Shown: piece after piece, positions 7,955 through 16,968 of the stretch
Layout of the letters: each line of letters opens with the position of its first letter
Position numbering within the stretch: position 1 is the stretch's first letter
Position numbers and translations under genes: made by a program
Notes under the pieces: generated by a model
What the model was told of the DNA's origin: nothing
Database searches by the model: none
The model's input: the letters and a program-made list of their open reading frames with translations, nothing else
Sequence record: NZ_CP120882.1
Length of the DNA stretch: 28,293 nucleotides
Origin: a plasmid
Direction: 5' to 3' (one strand)

Positions 7955-9612
7955 AAGCACTGCACAAGGCGGCGCTGATCGGCGTCACCCTCGCGCTTTA
8001 CTCCACCGCCGCATCGGCCCAGCTCACCAACCAAGGGATGCTTGACCAGGTGGTGACGGAGTTCGCCACGCGGGCCACGTCCTGGCAGACGGTGGTGATG
8101 AATGCCGCGATGTTCCTGTTCTGGACGCTGGGCACGATCTCGCTGGTTTTCACGTTCGGCTTCATGGCGCTGCGCAAGGCCGACATTGGCGAGTTCTTCG
8201 CCGAGTTCATCCGCTTCATCCTGTTCTTTGGCTTCTTCCTCTGGCTGCTGCGCAACGGCCCGGCCTTCGCCAACTCGATCATCCAGTCATTGGCCCGGAT
8301 CGGTGAGCAGGCGTCCGGGGTGGCATCGGTGACACCCTCGGGCATCGTGGATATCGGCTTCATGATCTTGAAGCAGGCATTCAGCAACTCGTCGATCTGG
8401 TCGCCCGTGGATAGCTTCATCGGCGTGGCCTTGAGCCTCGGCATCCTGATCTTGCTGGCTGTCGTTGCCATAAACATGCTGTTGCTGCTCGTCTCGGGCT
8501 GGCTGCTGATGTACGCCGGCATCTTCTTCCTCGGCTTCGGCGGAAGCCGTTGGACGTCCGACATGGCGATCAACTACTACAAGACCGTGTTGGGCGTGGC
8601 CGTGCAGATCATGACGATGGTGCTCCTGGTCGGCATCGGGAACGACCTGCTTTCCAGCTTCTACGCCAGGATGAACACCGGCACGCTGAACTTTGAAGAG
8701 CTGGGCGTGATGCTGGTTTTCTGCGTGGCGTTGCTCATGCTGGTCAATCGCGTGCCGCCGCTTGTCGCCGGCATCATCACCGGCTCGGGTATCGGTGGCG
8801 CTGGTGGCATCGGCAACTTCGGTGCAGGTGCTGCCATCGGTGCGGCTATGGGCGCGGCGAGCATGGCCGCCGGTGCGGCAAGCGTGGCCGGCGCGGCCGT
8901 GATGGGTGGTGCAGCCTCGGCCGCCGGCGGCATGTCGGCCATCAAAGCAGCGTTCGAGAAAGCGGGATCGAGCGCCGGCGGCGAGTCGGGCGGAATGCCC
9001 ATGCTCGGCGGTGGCTCCGACTCCGGCAGCGATGCAGGCTCGTTTGCGCAAGCTGCTGGCTTTGGTGGCGGGTCAAGCTCAGGAGCGGGCACCACTACAC
9101 CACTTGCACAGGCCGCCGGTTTCGGCAGCAGCTCGGGCAGCGGTGCCAGCGGCTCGGGTGGAAGCAATGGGCAACAGCCCGGTAAATCGGGTGGAGGTTC
9201 CAGCTCGAAGGGTGGCGACGAAGCCGGCAGCAAGAAAGCCCAGCAAGGCGGCCAGCAGGCAGCACCAGGCAGCACCGGCCCCGGCTTGCTGGCCTCGGCC
9301 GCATCGGCGCTTGGCACGGCGGGCCGCGTGACGGCCGACGCCGGCGCGAACCTGATGCAAGGCGTCGGCGAGGTTGCGAAGGCCAAGGCCGCCAGCATGC
9401 GCGACGCCGCCGCCGAACGCATCGCTGACACCACCGGCGGGAAGATCGCGGCGGCTATCAGGGCGAGTGCGGAGAGTGACCAGGCCGCCGCTGTCGAGGC
9501 GGTGCCGACATTCGGCGGCAACAACCTGGCAGGGGCCGATTCGGCTGCTGCCGATCCTGATGACGAAGTGGCCGCGTTCGCCAACCGCGAGCACGGTAAA
9601 TCGGAGGCGTGA
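7951..9612 (+). CDS. trbL: VirB6-like inner-membrane mating-pair-formation protein TrbL
   Basis: ATG at 7951 overlaps the trbK stop, with an AGGAGG ribosome-binding site. Signal peptide MKALHKAALIGVTLALYSTAASA. Multiple transmembrane segments and a Gly/Ser/Ala-rich C-terminal tail, as in IncP TrbL. Confidence 0.8.
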   Translation: MKALHKAALIGVTLALYSTAASAQLTNQGMLDQVVTEFATRATSWQTVVMNAAMFLFWTLGTISLVFTFGFMALRKADIGEFFAEFIRFILFFGFFLWLLRNGPAFANSIIQSLARIGEQASGVASVTPSGIVDIGFMILKQAFSNSSIWSPVDSFIGVALSLGILILLAVVAINMLLLLVSGWLLMYAGIFFLGFGGSRWTSDMAINYYKTVLGVAVQIMTMVLLVGIGNDLLSSFYARMNTGTLNFEELGVMLVFCVALLMLVNRVPPLVAGIITGSGIGGAGGIGNFGAGAAIGAAMGAASMAAGAASVAGAAVMGGAASAAGGMSAIKAAFEKAGSSAGGESGGMPMLGGGSDSGSDAGSFAQAAGFGGGSSSGAGTTTPLAQAAGFGSSSGSGASGSGGSNGQQPGKSGGGSSSKGGDEAGSKKAQQGGQQAAPGSTGPGLLASAASALGTAGRVTADAGANLMQGVGEVAKAKAASMRDAAAERIADTTGGKIAAAIRASAESDQAAAVEAVPTFGGNNLAGADSAAADPDDEVAAFANREHGKSEA

Positions 9613-9614
9613 CC

Positions 9615-9872
9615 ATGAAACGTAGTGGCTTTTTCGACTGCCTGGCGCTCGACCAGGTGCAGCGGCCGGCGGTGGAGTTTGAGCAGCCTGGCGACCAATC
9701 AACCGAGCTTGATGCGGCGGCGGAAGTGGCGGCCTTCGTTGATCGCCCTGCCCCGTCTGCCATCGAGGCCACCAGGCCGGCGGCCAGGTCATCGAGCAAC
9801 AGCTACAGCGGCAGCAACAGGAACACGCCGCTGGCAGAGGCCGCCGGCATCTACAGCAGCGGCCAGCGGTAA
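9615..9872 (+). CDS. Hypothetical 85-aa ORF downstream of trbL. It could be a degenerate remnant of the next trb gene.
   Basis: ATG 3 bp after the trbL stop. No signal peptide. Ser/Ala-rich low-complexity C-terminus. Confidence 0.3.
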   Translation: MKRSGFFDCLALDQVQRPAVEFEQPGDQSTELDAAAEVAAFVDRPAPSAIEATRPAARSSSNSYSGSNRNTPLAEAAGIYSSGQR

Positions 9873-9935
9873 AGCGCGCCGGCCGGCGTGGGGCCGGCCG
9901 ACACTTCCACAACCCACCTACCACAGAGGTGAATC

Positions 9936-10169
9936 ATGGCAACTTTGAATCCTACCAATGCAATCGCAACCCAGGCAGTTCATCATGCGGCCGCGCAGCT
10001 CGCGGCCCTGGACTGGATCGACCAAGAGGCGGCGCGGCAGCTCTCGCCGATGGCGGAAGCCGTCGCCAATATGTTCATGGTGCTGTACTACCAGGCCGAG
10101 ACGGGCCAGGCCACGCGGGACGACTTCCGCCAGGCCCTGGACGCGGTGCGGCAGTCACTTACCGCGTAG
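9936..10169 (+). CDS. Hypothetical small protein (77 aa)
   Basis: AGAGGTG ribosome-binding site 6 nt upstream. Followed directly by a strong terminator. Confidence 0.45.
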   Translation: MATLNPTNAIATQAVHHAAAQLAALDWIDQEAARQLSPMAEAVANMFMVLYYQAETGQATRDDFRQALDAVRQSLTA

Positions 10170-10179
10170 GCTCAACCAG

Positions 10180-10216
10180 AAACAACAAGGGCGGCCATTG
10201 GCCGCCCTTGTTGTTT
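10180..10216. terminator. Bidirectional rho-independent terminator with a perfect 17-bp stem (aaacaacaagggcggcc / ggccgcccttgttgttt) and a 3-nt loop
   Basis: Seen directly. It lies between the plus-strand trb-side operon and the converging minus-strand vapD. Confidence 0.7.
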
Positions 10217-10226
10217 CAATGCCCAC

Positions 10227-10511
10227 TTATAGCGCAGGTGCAAGGTCGTTCATTTCTTCGATACGGAGCATCCTAATGTCACGCACAGAGGCTTTGAACC
10301 ATGTGTAAGTCGTACTGAGTTGCTGTGCGGCCAAGACACACTGAACTGCATTGATGCGTTCATCGCCGAAGTAGACGCTTCCCTGTTGCCAAGAGAACCC
10401 GAGAGGTTCTAGCGTTTTGCGAATGTCCCCGTAAGCGTTGTTCCAGGACGGATTGGGGTAAGACTGTTTGAGTGTTTCTGTATCAAGATCGAAAGCAATG
10501 GCGTAGGTCAT
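10227..10511 (-). CDS. vapD: VapD-family (Cas2-like) endoribonuclease
   Basis: 94 aa. MTYAIAFDLDTETLKQ...LGFSWQQGSVYFGD...KASVRDIRMLRIEEMNDL matches the VapD family pattern. The local region is about 50% GC against about 65% for the backbone. Confidence 0.8.
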   Translation of the reverse strand: MTYAIAFDLDTETLKQSYPNPSWNNAYGDIRKTLEPLGFSWQQGSVYFGDERINAVQCVLAAQQLSTTYTWFKASVRDIRMLRIEEMNDLAPAL

Positions 10512-10520
10512 CGTGTTCCC

Positions 10521-10790
10521 TTAGTTGTAAGAGCGGCGGGGTGCAATTTGGGATACACGGGCTGAGCTGACGCCGTACTTTTCGGCAACGGCCTTTGTTG
10601 CAGCGCCGTTTGCGATCTCGGCTTGGATGGCGCTGTTGCGCAGTTCCATGACTTTGGTTTCGAGGGCCGCGATGTCTTGGCCTTGGCTCTCGATGATTTT
10701 CCCGTGCGTTGCGACGGTCTTTTCCAAGTCCTTATGCGCCTTGGCGATTGATTCAAGCGCGTGCAGGATGTGGTTCTTTTGGCGTGCCAT
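10521..10790 (-). CDS. VapD-partner protein (VapX-like position) with a C-terminal resolvase-type HTH
   Basis: 89 aa. Helical N-terminus. C-terminal ATKAVAEKYGVSSARVSQIA resembles the HTH_7/Hin-type motif. AAGGGAA ribosome-binding site for vapD lies 9 bp downstream. An AT-rich near-palindrome TTAAATTAAATTAATTTAA sits in its promoter at 10806-10826. Confidence 0.5.
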   Translation of the reverse strand: MARQKNHILHALESIAKAHKDLEKTVATHGKIIESQGQDIAALETKVMELRNSAIQAEIANGAATKAVAEKYGVSSARVSQIAPRRSYN

Positions 10791-11145
10791 CTTTGGCCTC
10801 CATGCTGTTAAATTAAATTAATTTAACCACATTAAGAGGATATGGTCAAGCAGGGAGCGGCCTGCAGCACCGTCAGAAATGGCGATGCTGGCCATTGCTC
10901 TTCTATGCCGGTTCGTTCTGCCCTTCCTTGGCGTCCAACAACGGCCAGAGAAGCAACCGGCTCAGGCTATGCGCCTGGTTCAACAAGGCGGCAAGCGGCC
11001 CGCCCATCGCCTCGTCGGCCAACCACCAGCGCAGAAGTTGGGGTCGTTTGCGGGAAGGGGCGGAATCCTACGCTAAGGCTTTGGCCAGCGATATTCTCCG
11101 GTGAGATTGATGTGTTCCCAGGGGATAGGAGAAGTCGCTTGATAT

Positions 11146-11982
11146 CTAGTATGACGTCTGTCGCACCTGCTTGATCGCGGCCGCGATAGCTAGATCGCGT
11201 TGCTCCTCTTCTCCATCCGCGTTCCAAGCTGCGGAAAGGCACCCATAAGCGTACGCCTGGTCGAGCAGGCGACGCGGATCGACGTCCAGCGCACGAGAGA
11301 ATGCGTCCGCCATCTGTGCAATGCGTCTAGGATCGAGACAAAGGTCGTCTCTGTCAGCCGGATCGTAGAACATATTGGCGGCGCCAAAGCCCACTTCACC
11401 GACCAGACCGACGGGATCTATCACCAGCCAGCCGCGACTGGAGAACATGATGTTTTCATGATGCAGATCGCCATGTAGCCCACGCAGTTCCGAGGCATTG
11501 CTCATCATTTGATCGGCTATAATCGCCGCGTGGACGTAGTCAGTTTGACAACCTGCGTTTTGATCATCGCGCGCCCGCTGAAACAAAGCTGCAAAGCGAT
11601 CCCGGATCGGGAGAAGGGCAGAAGGCAGGGGTTCCTCAGATGCGGCATACAGCTTCGCCATTAGTTCCGCTGCAATTTCGGTCGCCTGGTAGTCGCCGTG
11701 CTCGGCAACGATGTGAGAGAGCATTCGCTCCCCGGCATATTCGAGCAACATCAGATTGTTCTCACGACCGAGCAACCGGACTGCTCCCCTCCCATTGCGC
11801 CATACCAGATAGTCGGCCCCGCGCAGTTCATCAGCAATGTCTTCTATAGGTTTCAATCCCTTGACGATTGCAGGAGTCCCGTCTGGCAATGAAACTTTCC
11901 AAACGAGGCTGGAAAAGGTGTCCGCAATGAGAACAGGTTGCGAAACGTGCCAATGAGCAGGAAAAACAGGCGGCATGAACAT
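11146..11982 (-). CDS. strB: Aminoglycoside 6-phosphotransferase APH(6)-Id (streptomycin resistance)
   Basis: The protein starting MFMPPVFPAHWHVSQPVLIADTFSSLVWKV... is the StrB sequence as I recall it. It overlaps the strA stop as TGATG. Confidence 0.9.
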   Translation of the reverse strand: MFMPPVFPAHWHVSQPVLIADTFSSLVWKVSLPDGTPAIVKGLKPIEDIADELRGADYLVWRNGRGAVRLLGRENNLMLLEYAGERMLSHIVAEHGDYQATEIAAELMAKLYAASEEPLPSALLPIRDRFAALFQRARDDQNAGCQTDYVHAAIIADQMMSNASELRGLHGDLHHENIMFSSRGWLVIDPVGLVGEVGFGAANMFYDPADRDDLCLDPRRIAQMADAFSRALDVDPRRLLDQAYAYGCLSAAWNADGEEEQRDLAIAAAIKQVRQTSY

Positions 11983-12785
11983 CAACCCCAAGTCAGAGGG
12001 TCCAATCGCAGATAGAAGGCAAGGCGTTCGCGGTCGGGGGCTTCGATCCCCAATACATTGAATAGGACAGCGAAGGCGCGCTCTGCTTCATCTGGCGCTG
12101 CCCAGTTCTCTTCGGCGTTAGCAATCATGAGTGCCAAATCGGCATAGCGATCTGCTGTTCCGAGCCGCCCAAGGTCGATCAGACCCGTGCATTGAAGAGT
12201 TTTAGGGTCCACCATGAAGTTCGGCATGCAGGGATCACCATGGCAAACAACCATATCGGTGCGCTCTTGGTCGAGCCGCACCGGTAGCTCTCGTTCGACA
12301 CGAGCCAAAAGATCGAGCTGCGGCGTACTCTTGTCCTCGTCCGGTAAGAAGTCGGGATTGACGGCATTGCGGGACACCACATCAACGGCGCGTCCGAACA
12401 TTCGCGACAGCCTGCGCTCAAACGGACATTGATCAACCGATAGGCTGTGAACAGCGCCAAGTTGCTGCCCCATTGACGGCCACGCTTTGAGCAAATCCGC
12501 TCCAGACAGATCAGCCGCCGGTACTCCCGGAATTGCCGTTATCACCAAGCATGCACCCTCCTGTTCCTCCTGCCAGTTGATGACCTCGGGGCAAGCCACA
12601 CCTCGACCTTTGAGCCAAATGAGGCGGTCACGCTCTCCAGCGAGCTCACCGCGGCGGGAAGCAGGTGCGATTTTCGCGAAGGCATGCCCGTCACCACGTC
12701 GAAAAACAAAATCACCAGATTCTCCGCCTCTGACAGGCAACCAGTCAGAATGCGATTCACCAAAAAAAATATTAGTTCGATTCAA
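11982..12785 (-). CDS. strA: Aminoglycoside 3''-phosphotransferase APH(3'')-Ib (streptomycin resistance)
   Basis: 267 aa. MNRTNIFFGESHSDWLPVRGGESGDFVFRRGDGHAFAKIAP... is the StrA sequence as I recall it. Confidence 0.9.
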   Translation of the reverse strand: MNRTNIFFGESHSDWLPVRGGESGDFVFRRGDGHAFAKIAPASRRGELAGERDRLIWLKGRGVACPEVINWQEEQEGACLVITAIPGVPAADLSGADLLKAWPSMGQQLGAVHSLSVDQCPFERRLSRMFGRAVDVVSRNAVNPDFLPDEDKSTPQLDLLARVERELPVRLDQERTDMVVCHGDPCMPNFMVDPKTLQCTGLIDLGRLGTADRYADLALMIANAEENWAAPDEAERAFAVLFNVLGIEAPDRERLAFYLRLDPLTWG

Positions 12786-12796
12786 TGGAGGTTCCT

Positions 12797-13465
12797 TCAG
12801 TTTTCTGATGAAGCGCGGAGGTGGCTCAACTTGCGAAAAGAAACGAGTTGCGACGTAAGTCCGAGAACATGCTTTCCATGGTCTCTGAGCTCGCCTTTGG
12901 GACCGACATATCGGTAGAGAGTGACGCGCTCGATGCCGAGTTCCTTGCAGAGATCGGAAACTGAAGTATCGCGCTGGGCCATGGCGGCTTGCGCGAGACG
13001 CACCTGAGCTTTGGTGAGCGCGAATTTTCGTCCGCCCTTGCGACCGCGCGCTCTCGCGGAGGCGAGACCCGCCATGGTGCGCTCTCGGATCAGATCCCGC
13101 TCGAACTCGGCCAAGGTGGCGAAGATTCCGAACACCATGCGACCGGACGCAGTCGTGGTGTCGATCTGAGCGCCCTTTCCAGTCAGAACCCGCAGGCCGA
13201 TCTTGCGGTCTGACAGCTCCTTCACCGTGTTGACCAGATGGGCAAGCGATCGTCCGAGGCGATCGAGCTTCCAGACCACCAGCACATCGCCGTCACGCAA
13301 TGACTTGAGGCAGGCAGTCAAGCCAGGGCGATCATCACGACCGCCGGAAGCAAGATCATCATAGATATTGTCCCGTTCGACACCTGCGGCGCGCAAGGTG
13401 TCGTGCTGCAGGTCGAGAGACTGCGAGCCATCGGCTTTGGAGACGCGGGCATATCCGATCAGCAT
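12797..13465 (-). CDS. tnpR: Tn5393 serine resolvase TnpR
   Basis: MLIGYARVSKADGSQSLDLQ is the catalytic-serine motif. HTH at the C-terminus. Divergent from tnpA across the res region 13466-13590. Confidence 0.85.
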   Translation of the reverse strand: MLIGYARVSKADGSQSLDLQHDTLRAAGVERDNIYDDLASGGRDDRPGLTACLKSLRDGDVLVVWKLDRLGRSLAHLVNTVKELSDRKIGLRVLTGKGAQIDTTTASGRMVFGIFATLAEFERDLIRERTMAGLASARARGRKGGRKFALTKAQVRLAQAAMAQRDTSVSDLCKELGIERVTLYRYVGPKGELRDHGKHVLGLTSQLVSFRKLSHLRASSEN

Positions 13466-13590
13466 GTATCACAAACGTTGGTTTGAGGCGGCGCTTCGGC
13501 CACGATTGCATTGACCTCTGGAAATGTATCTCAACCAGCTTCATAAACAAAGCGTCTTGAACGCTATCAGATTTTGAAAAAGGAACATGT

Positions 13591-16476
13591 ATGCCGCGTC
13601 GCGTCACTCTAACCGATCGGCAGAAAGACGCGCTGTTGCGCTTGCCGACTTCACAGACGGATTTGCTCAAGCACTATACGCTGAGTGATGAAGACCTTGG
13701 GCATATCAGGCTGCGTCGGCGCGCTCACAACAGGTTCGGCTTCGCCCTGCAATTGTGTGTCCTGCGCTATCCCGGCCGGGTGCTGGCTCCAGGCGAACTG
13801 ATCCCTGCAGAGGTCATCGAATTTATCGGAGCGCAGCTTGGCCTGGGTGCCGACGATCTCGTAGACTATGCTGCCCGCGAGGAAACACGGCACGAGCATC
13901 TTGCCGAGTTACGGGGGCTCTACGGCTTCCGCACCTTCTCCGGACGTGGTGCGAGCGAGCTGAAGGAATGGTTGTTCCGAGAAGCCGAGATGGCGGTGTC
14001 GAACGAGGATATCGCCCGTCGCTTCGTAGCCGAGTGCCGACGCACCCGCACTGTCCTTCCCGCGACATCCACGATCGAGCGGCTTTGTGCCGCGGCTCTC
14101 GTCGATGCCGAGCGACGCATCGAGACGAGGATCGCCATTCGTCTGCCTATGTCGATCCGAGAACAGTTGCTGGCATTGCTCGAGGAGACGGCTGATGATC
14201 GGGTGACCCGTTTTGTGTGGCTGCGCCAGTTCGAGCCTGGCTCGAACTCTTCGTCGGCCAACCGGCTGCTCGACCGGCTCGAATATCTGCAACGCGTCGA
14301 TCTCCCCGAGGATCTGCTTGCCGGCGTTCCTGCCCATCGGGTGACTCGTCTGCGCAGGCAGGGTGAACGGTATTATGCCGACGGCATGCGCGATCTCCCG
14401 GAGGACAGGCGGCTTGCGATCTTGGCTGTTTGCGTCTCGGAATGGCAGGCGATGTTGGCCGACGCAGTGGTCGAAACCCACGACCGGATCGTCGGCCGTC
14501 TCTACCGTGCTTCGGAGCGTATTTGCCATGCAAAGGTCGCAGACGAAGCGGGGGTGGTGCGTGACACCCTGAAATCCTTCGCCGAGATCGGGGGCGCCCT
14601 GGTCGATGCACAGGATGATGGCCAGCCGCTGGGCGACGTCATCGCGAGCGGATCAGGGTGGGACGGCTTCAAAACCCTTGTTGCAATGGCAACCAGGCTC
14701 ACCGCCACCATGGCCGACGATCCGCTCAACCATGTGCTCGACGGTTATCACCGCTTCCGCCGATACGCTCCACGCATGTTGCGCCTGCTCGATCTGCGAG
14801 CTGCGCCCGTTGCACTGCCGCTTCTGGAAGCGGTGACGGCCCTTCGTACCGGTTTGAACGATGCCGCGATGACCAGCTTCTTGCGGCCCAGCTCGAAATG
14901 GCATCGCCACCTTCGGGCCCAGAGGGCTGGCGACGCTCGCCTATGGGAGATCGCGGTGCTGTTCCATCTGCGCGATGCGTTCCGCTCCGGAGATGTCTGG
15001 CTTACTAGGTCCCGGCGCTATGGCGATCTGAAACACGCACTCGTTCCGGCACAAGCCATCGCGGAAGGCGGTCGTCTCGCTGTGCCATTGCGGCCGGAGG
15101 AATGGCTGGCAGACCGGCAAGCTCGCCTCGACATGCGGTTGCGCGAGCTTGGCCGTGCCGCTCGCGCAGGCACGATCCCGGGCGGGTCGATTGAAAACGG
15201 CGTTCTGCATATCGAGAAACTCGAAGCCGCCGCGCCGACAGGCGCCGAAGATCTGGTGCTCGATCTCTACAAGCAGATCCCGCCCACGCGCATCACCGAT
15301 CTCCTGCTGGAGGTGGATGCGGCGACCGGCTTCACCGAAGCGTTCACCCATCTGCGCACAGGAGCACCCTGCGCTGACCGGATCGGGCTAATGAACGTTA
15401 TCTTGGCGGAAGGGATCAACCTCGGCTTGCGCAAAATGGCGGATGCGACAAACACCCACACCTTCTGGGAATTGATCCGCATTGGACGGTGGCATGTCGA
15501 GGGCGAAGCCTATGACCGGGCGCTGGCCATGGTGGTCGAGGCACAGGCAGCGTTACCCATGGCCCGGTTCTGGGGCATGGGCACGTCGGCTTCGAGCGAC
15601 GGACAGTTCTTCGTCGCTACAGAGCAAGGTGAGGCCATGAACCTGGTCAACGCGAAATATGGCAATACCCCGGGCCTGAAAGCCTATAGCCACGTCTCCG
15701 ACCAATATGCGCCGTTCGCAACCCAGGTGATTCCTGCAACGGCAAGCGAAGCGCCTTACATCCTCGATGGCCTGCTGATGAACGATGCTGGACGCCATAT
15801 CCGCGAGCAGTTCACCGACACGGGCGGCTTCACCGATCACGTCTTTGCCGCATGTGCCATTCTCGGCTACCGGTTCGCTCCGCGCATCCGCGACCTGCCA
15901 TCCAAACGGCTCTACGCGTTCAATCCGTCGGCCGCCCCGGCGCACCTGCGAGCGTTGATCGGCGGAAAGGTCAACCAAGCCATGATCGAGCGCAATTGGC
16001 CCGACACCCTGCGCATCGCCGCCACCATTGCTGCCGGGACCGTCGCGCCAAGCCAGATTCTGCGGAAACTCGCCTCCTATCCGCGGCAGAACGAGCTCGC
16101 GACAGCCCTGCGGGAAGTCGGTCGCGTCGAGCGCACCCTGTTCATGATCGACTGGATTCTGGATGCCGAACTCCAACGGCGTGCCCAGATCGGGCTCAAC
16201 AAAGGCGAAGCTCATCATGCGCTGAAGCGGGCAATCAGCTTCCACCGCCGCGGTGAAATCCGCGACCGTTCCGCCGAAGGCCAGCATTACCGCATCGCCG
16301 GCATGAATCTGCTCGCCGCCATCATCATCTTCTGGAACACCATGAAGCTCGGCGAGGTCGTTGCAAACCAGAAACGCGATGGAAAGCTGCTATCGCCCGA
16401 TCTCTTGGCCCATGTTTCGCCGCTCGGATGGGAACACATCAATCTCACCGGAGAATATCGCTGGCCAAAGCCTTAG
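13591..16476 (+). CDS. tnpA: Tn3-family DDE transposase TnpA
   Basis: 961 aa. Ends inside the left inverted repeat, as is typical of the Tn3 family. AAGGAA ribosome-binding site. Confidence 0.9.
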   Translation: MPRRVTLTDRQKDALLRLPTSQTDLLKHYTLSDEDLGHIRLRRRAHNRFGFALQLCVLRYPGRVLAPGELIPAEVIEFIGAQLGLGADDLVDYAAREETRHEHLAELRGLYGFRTFSGRGASELKEWLFREAEMAVSNEDIARRFVAECRRTRTVLPATSTIERLCAAALVDAERRIETRIAIRLPMSIREQLLALLEETADDRVTRFVWLRQFEPGSNSSSANRLLDRLEYLQRVDLPEDLLAGVPAHRVTRLRRQGERYYADGMRDLPEDRRLAILAVCVSEWQAMLADAVVETHDRIVGRLYRASERICHAKVADEAGVVRDTLKSFAEIGGALVDAQDDGQPLGDVIASGSGWDGFKTLVAMATRLTATMADDPLNHVLDGYHRFRRYAPRMLRLLDLRAAPVALPLLEAVTALRTGLNDAAMTSFLRPSSKWHRHLRAQRAGDARLWEIAVLFHLRDAFRSGDVWLTRSRRYGDLKHALVPAQAIAEGGRLAVPLRPEEWLADRQARLDMRLRELGRAARAGTIPGGSIENGVLHIEKLEAAAPTGAEDLVLDLYKQIPPTRITDLLLEVDAATGFTEAFTHLRTGAPCADRIGLMNVILAEGINLGLRKMADATNTHTFWELIRIGRWHVEGEAYDRALAMVVEAQAALPMARFWGMGTSASSDGQFFVATEQGEAMNLVNAKYGNTPGLKAYSHVSDQYAPFATQVIPATASEAPYILDGLLMNDAGRHIREQFTDTGGFTDHVFAACAILGYRFAPRIRDLPSKRLYAFNPSAAPAHLRALIGGKVNQAMIERNWPDTLRIAATIAAGTVAPSQILRKLASYPRQNELATALREVGRVERTLFMIDWILDAELQRRAQIGLNKGEAHHALKRAISFHRRGEIRDRSAEGQHYRIAGMNLLAAIIIFWNTMKLGEVVANQKRDGKLLSPDLLAHVSPLGWEHINLTGEYRWPKP

Positions 16477-16617
16477 CGTAGGATTCCGCCCCCTCCCGCA
16501 AACGACCCCAAGTTCGCCGGCCTCGTTGCGGGCTTCCAGTCGCCCGCTCTCAAACATCCAGATCGCAGTCATTGTGCGTACCTCGTTTCCGGGAAAAGCC
16601 CCAGGGAAACGGTACCG

Positions 16618-16968
16618 TCACGACGCGATGCCGTGCATGGTTCGAGCACGTGCCGCTACCTCGCGGGCGTGCTCGATATAGTCCAGGTCGCCGCTGGCTT
16701 CGGCGTGGGCCTGGAACGCGGCTATAGCTTCGGCGGTTTGCAAGTCCTCGGGCAGCAGCTCACGGCCAACGGCCGGGGCATCCACCCATTCGCGTTGCTC
16801 AGGCGGCAATGGATACTGGCCGGATGCTTCGGCTTCGGCTAGCAGCTCATCGAGCGTGTAGCGCACCTGGTCAGCCGTGACGGCGCGGGCCGGGTCGGCC
16901 TTCAATGCGTCATAGGCCGGGCCAGCTTTCTCATGCAGCCAGCTTTCCAGGTTCTTCGGGTCGGTCAT
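16618..16968 (-). CDS. Acidic hypothetical protein (116 aa, rich in Asp/Glu), last gene of a four-gene coupled operon
   Basis: Its ATG overlaps the stop of the upstream RHH gene as ATGA. No recognizable catalytic motif. Confidence 0.5.
   Translation of the reverse strand: MTDPKNLESWLHEKAGPAYDALKADPARAVTADQVRYTLDELLAEAEASGQYPLPPEQREWVDAPAVGRELLPEDLQTAEAIAAFQAHAEASGDLDYIEHAREVAARARTMHGIAS

Larger units (their letters stand above)
11040..16509. mobile_element. Tn5393c-type Tn3-family transposon (5470 bp) carrying strA-strB, flanked by the 5-bp target duplication AAGTT
   Basis: 81-bp terminal inverted repeats begin GGGGTCGTTTGCGGGA at 11040-11120 and 16429-16509. Identical AAGTT at 11035-11039 and 16510-16514. 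Internal gene order is tnpA / res / tnpR-strA-strB. Confidence 0.9.

Noticed and set aside
9615-9872. Calling the 85-aa ORF after trbL trbM
   Set aside because: It has no signal peptide, it is less than half the length of IncP-1 TrbM, and its tail is low-complexity Ser/Ala. It is kept only as a hypothetical or possible remnant.
7028-9924. Large antisense ORFs opposite trbJ and trbL (7028..7960 minus, 8287..9051 minus, 8661..9698 minus, 9079..9924 minus)
   Set aside because: Low-complexity Ala/Pro/Arg-rich translations. They are antisense to well-supported membrane-protein genes and have no ribosome-binding sites.
10842-11242. ORFs 10842..11174 plus, 10967..11242 minus and 16361..16681 plus, containing the peptide ...GRNPTLRLWPAIFSGEIDVF...
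   Set aside because: These are translations of the 81-bp Tn5393 terminal inverted repeat and its flanks, seen on both ends. They are not genes.
13651-16287. Minus-strand ORFs inside tnpA (13909..14529, 15553..16287 and others)
   Set aside because: Antisense frames within the 961-aa Tn3-family transposase gene.
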